Part shown: positions 26,155 through 27,398 of the stretch, piece after piece | Layout of the letters: each line of letters starts with the position of its first letter | How positions within the stretch are numbered: position 1 is the stretch's first letter | NCBI GenBank assembly: GCA_029258835.1 | Contig: JAPDJY010000042.1 | Span: forward strand, 1-27,398 | DNA: 27,398 bases | Source of the DNA: Thermoproteota archaeon | Lineage (GTDB): Archaea; Asgardarchaeota; Jordiarchaeia; Jordiarchaeales; Freyrarchaeaceae | Direction of reading: 5' to 3' | Notes under the pieces: generated by a model | What the model was told of the DNA's origin: nothing | Databases searched by the model: none | What the model saw: the letters and a program-made list of their open reading frames with translations, nothing else | Program-made: the position numbers and the translations under genes

Positions 26155-26760
26155 TTAATAGGAGACTAATTCCACACTGACCTGCCCTTTCCCTATGGTT
26201 GCAACCGCGACGCCTTGCGAGCACTTACCCACGTTAACCACTATGGTGTCACCTAACGTGCATTTCCCCCGTGACTCATGTATGTGCCCACAGAAAACTA
26301 GTTCAGGCTGCTGGGCTTCAACGAACTCCCTGAGAGGCTTACTACCGGCATGTAGCCCACTCCACGCCTTATCGCAGCACCGGTATGGGGGCTCGTGGGA
26401 GACAACAACCATCGGGTTGCTACCCCGAGAAAATTTTGTTAGGATGCTTGGGTCGTACCTGGCACTGAGGCCGAGAAAGTCGACTCCGCTGAGAGTGACC
26501 AGCTGCCCATGAATGCACCTTACGTCCTTAAGGGGGAGTTGAAGATCGCGGCTTACATGGTCCATGTTACCCCAAACGTATAAGATCGGAGCAAGCCCTT
26601 CAATGTTCCTCAGGACGAGGATGGCGTCATCGGCATCTCCCGTATGTGTTATGTCGCCACAGACCACCACCACGTCGGGTTTAACCTTTTTGATGACTTT
26701 TTTAGCATCGTTTAGGGCGGCAGTGTTCCCGTGAATGTCGGAGATGGCTACAAGCTTCAA
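26155..26760 (-). CDS. Calcineurin-like metallophosphoesterase (Icc/YfcE-like)
   Basis: DIHG, GD, GNMD, SHEPP, GHIHE. Confidence 0.93.
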   Translation of the reverse strand: MKLVAISDIHGNTAALNDAKKVIKKVKPDVVVVCGDITHTGDADDAILVLRNIEGLAPILYVWGNMDHVSRDLQLPLKDVRCIHGQLVTLSGVDFLGLSARYDPSILTKFSRGSNPMVVVSHEPPYRCCDKAWSGLHAGSKPLREFVEAQQPELVFCGHIHESRGKCTLGDTIVVNVGKCSQGVAVATIGKGQVSVELVSY

Positions 26761-26981
26761 GACCCACCCCTTCTTCCCGTTTTCAGCTAAAAAAGAAACT
26801 ACTAGAAGATTTAAAGAATATTTCGAGGAGAGAATATGGATTAAGCGAAGAGAGCCTTAGATAGAACTAGAAAATGGAAGGAGATAAAGAGGCAAGGGGA
26901 GAAGCTCCATGTTACCTGGGTGAATGCGGGTAGTGTGAACAGTTGGAATGCTACCCATAGAAATGAGAATTACAGTGGATA

Positions 26982-27007
26982 ACACGGCAATCATACACGG
27001 CAATCAT
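26982..27007. repeat. Perfect 13-bp tandem duplication (ACACGGCAATCAT x2)
   Basis: Seen directly at 26982-26994 and 26995-27007. Confidence 0.9.
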
Positions 27008-27044
27008 CGCTTTCTAAACATCCCATTATGTTTTTCACCTCGCC

Positions 27045-27219
27045 TCCACGTAGACTTACTTTTACTTGCTCCTCCCTTTCCGTCAGTAAGCGTGGACGTA
27101 TTAGCTGGCTACCTCCAGAGGTAGACGCGCGCCTCAAATCACCCCTCCGGGTACTCCCGGAGAGCCCCCGCGGTTGGGGGGTCTATCGCTTCCCAGCCCA
27201 CCTGGAACCTTGAGGCGCC
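27045..27219 (-). ncRNA. Putative structured ncRNA: four-way junction followed by two hairpins
   Basis: 9-bp closing stem GCGCCTCAA/TTGAGGCGC (27129-27137/27210-27218) encloses three hairpins; also CTACCT/AGGTAG and TCCACG/CGTGGA with inner CTTACT/AGTAAG. One G-U wobble favours the minus strand. Confidence 0.5.
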
Positions 27220-27247
27220 TTGCGAAGCAGTTAAATATAATGGTGGG

Positions 27248-27398
27248 TGTTTGGGGTGCTGGTTTGGCCACGGGGTGGCTTATGGGTGGAGTCTTCGGAT
27301 GTGGGGCTCTGGGGTTACCCCGAAAGCCCCATTAGAGGCGTATGCCTCGATGATGGGGAAACGATTGATAGACCAAAATCCACATTTACCCATAAAAG
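27248..27398 (+). mobile_element. Probable degenerate tnpB 3' end with overlapping omega/reRNA-like structured scaffold (runs off the window)
   Basis: Reads CLGCWF...VAYGWSLRMWGSGVTPKAP..., similar to archaeal TnpB C-terminal tails (CxxC...WNL..MWG..V.P) from memory. Nested stems TTATGGGT/ACCCATAA, CCCCATTA/TGATGGGG, GAGGC/GCCTC. Confidence 0.45.

Noticed and set aside
27028-27213. 61-aa plus-strand ORF
   Set aside because: It has no RBS or recognisable motif and overlaps a strongly base-paired GC-rich element better explained as RNA or IS-derived.
27129-27219. Cloverleaf with a 9-bp closing stem as tRNA or tRNA-Sec
   Set aside because: No T-arm (no TTCRA), no U33 or UCA anticodon, and a 9-nt linker between arms.
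27045-27398. Known RNAs (5S, SRP, RNase P, hammerhead, twister, cobalamin riboswitch, U1-like snRNA)
   Set aside because: Diagnostic cores (CUGANGA/GAAA, GAGGAAAGUCC, SRP helix 8, complete B12 box, Sm site) are absent or only fragmentary.
1-27398. CRISPR array, rRNA, canonical tRNA, intact transposase or integrase
   Set aside because: No regularly spaced repeats or recognisable sequences of these types were found.

Overview
Archaeal chromosomal window. The AGG/ATA/GAG-rich codon usage, GGAGG/GAGGTGA ribosome-binding sites, TATA-box promoters and five longin/roadblock/uDENN-type genes point to an Asgard archaeon, probably a thermophilic lineage (inference). Housekeeping and metabolic genes: enoyl-CoA hydratase, divergent galK/galT, a wtpABC tungstate/molybdate ABC transporter with a ModE-type operator, two tandem CLC-CBS anion transport genes sharing an identical 241-bp 3' end, a class V aminotransferase resembling pyridoxamine-pyruvate transaminase, a DHH phosphoesterase, a divergent SHMT, a GH57 hydrolase and a metallophosphoesterase. 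A multi-lesion Fe-S protein pseudogene lies at about 4.4-5.6 kb. Most notable: (1) a polytopic membrane protein with CLN6-like motifs (DExLGH, EGQ); (2) new domain architectures (uDENN plus a tandem 84-aa repeat, longin plus SHOCT-like tail, roadblock plus coiled coil, wHTH plus a tandem domain at 145-aa offset); (3) a secreted Gly-zipper hydrophobic peptide; (4) three strongly structured non-coding modules at 26.0-26.15 and 27.0-27.4 kb that look like IS200/IS605 (TnpB omega/reRNA-type) remnants with no intact tnpB in the window. All family calls come from motif recognition by eye; no database searches were run.
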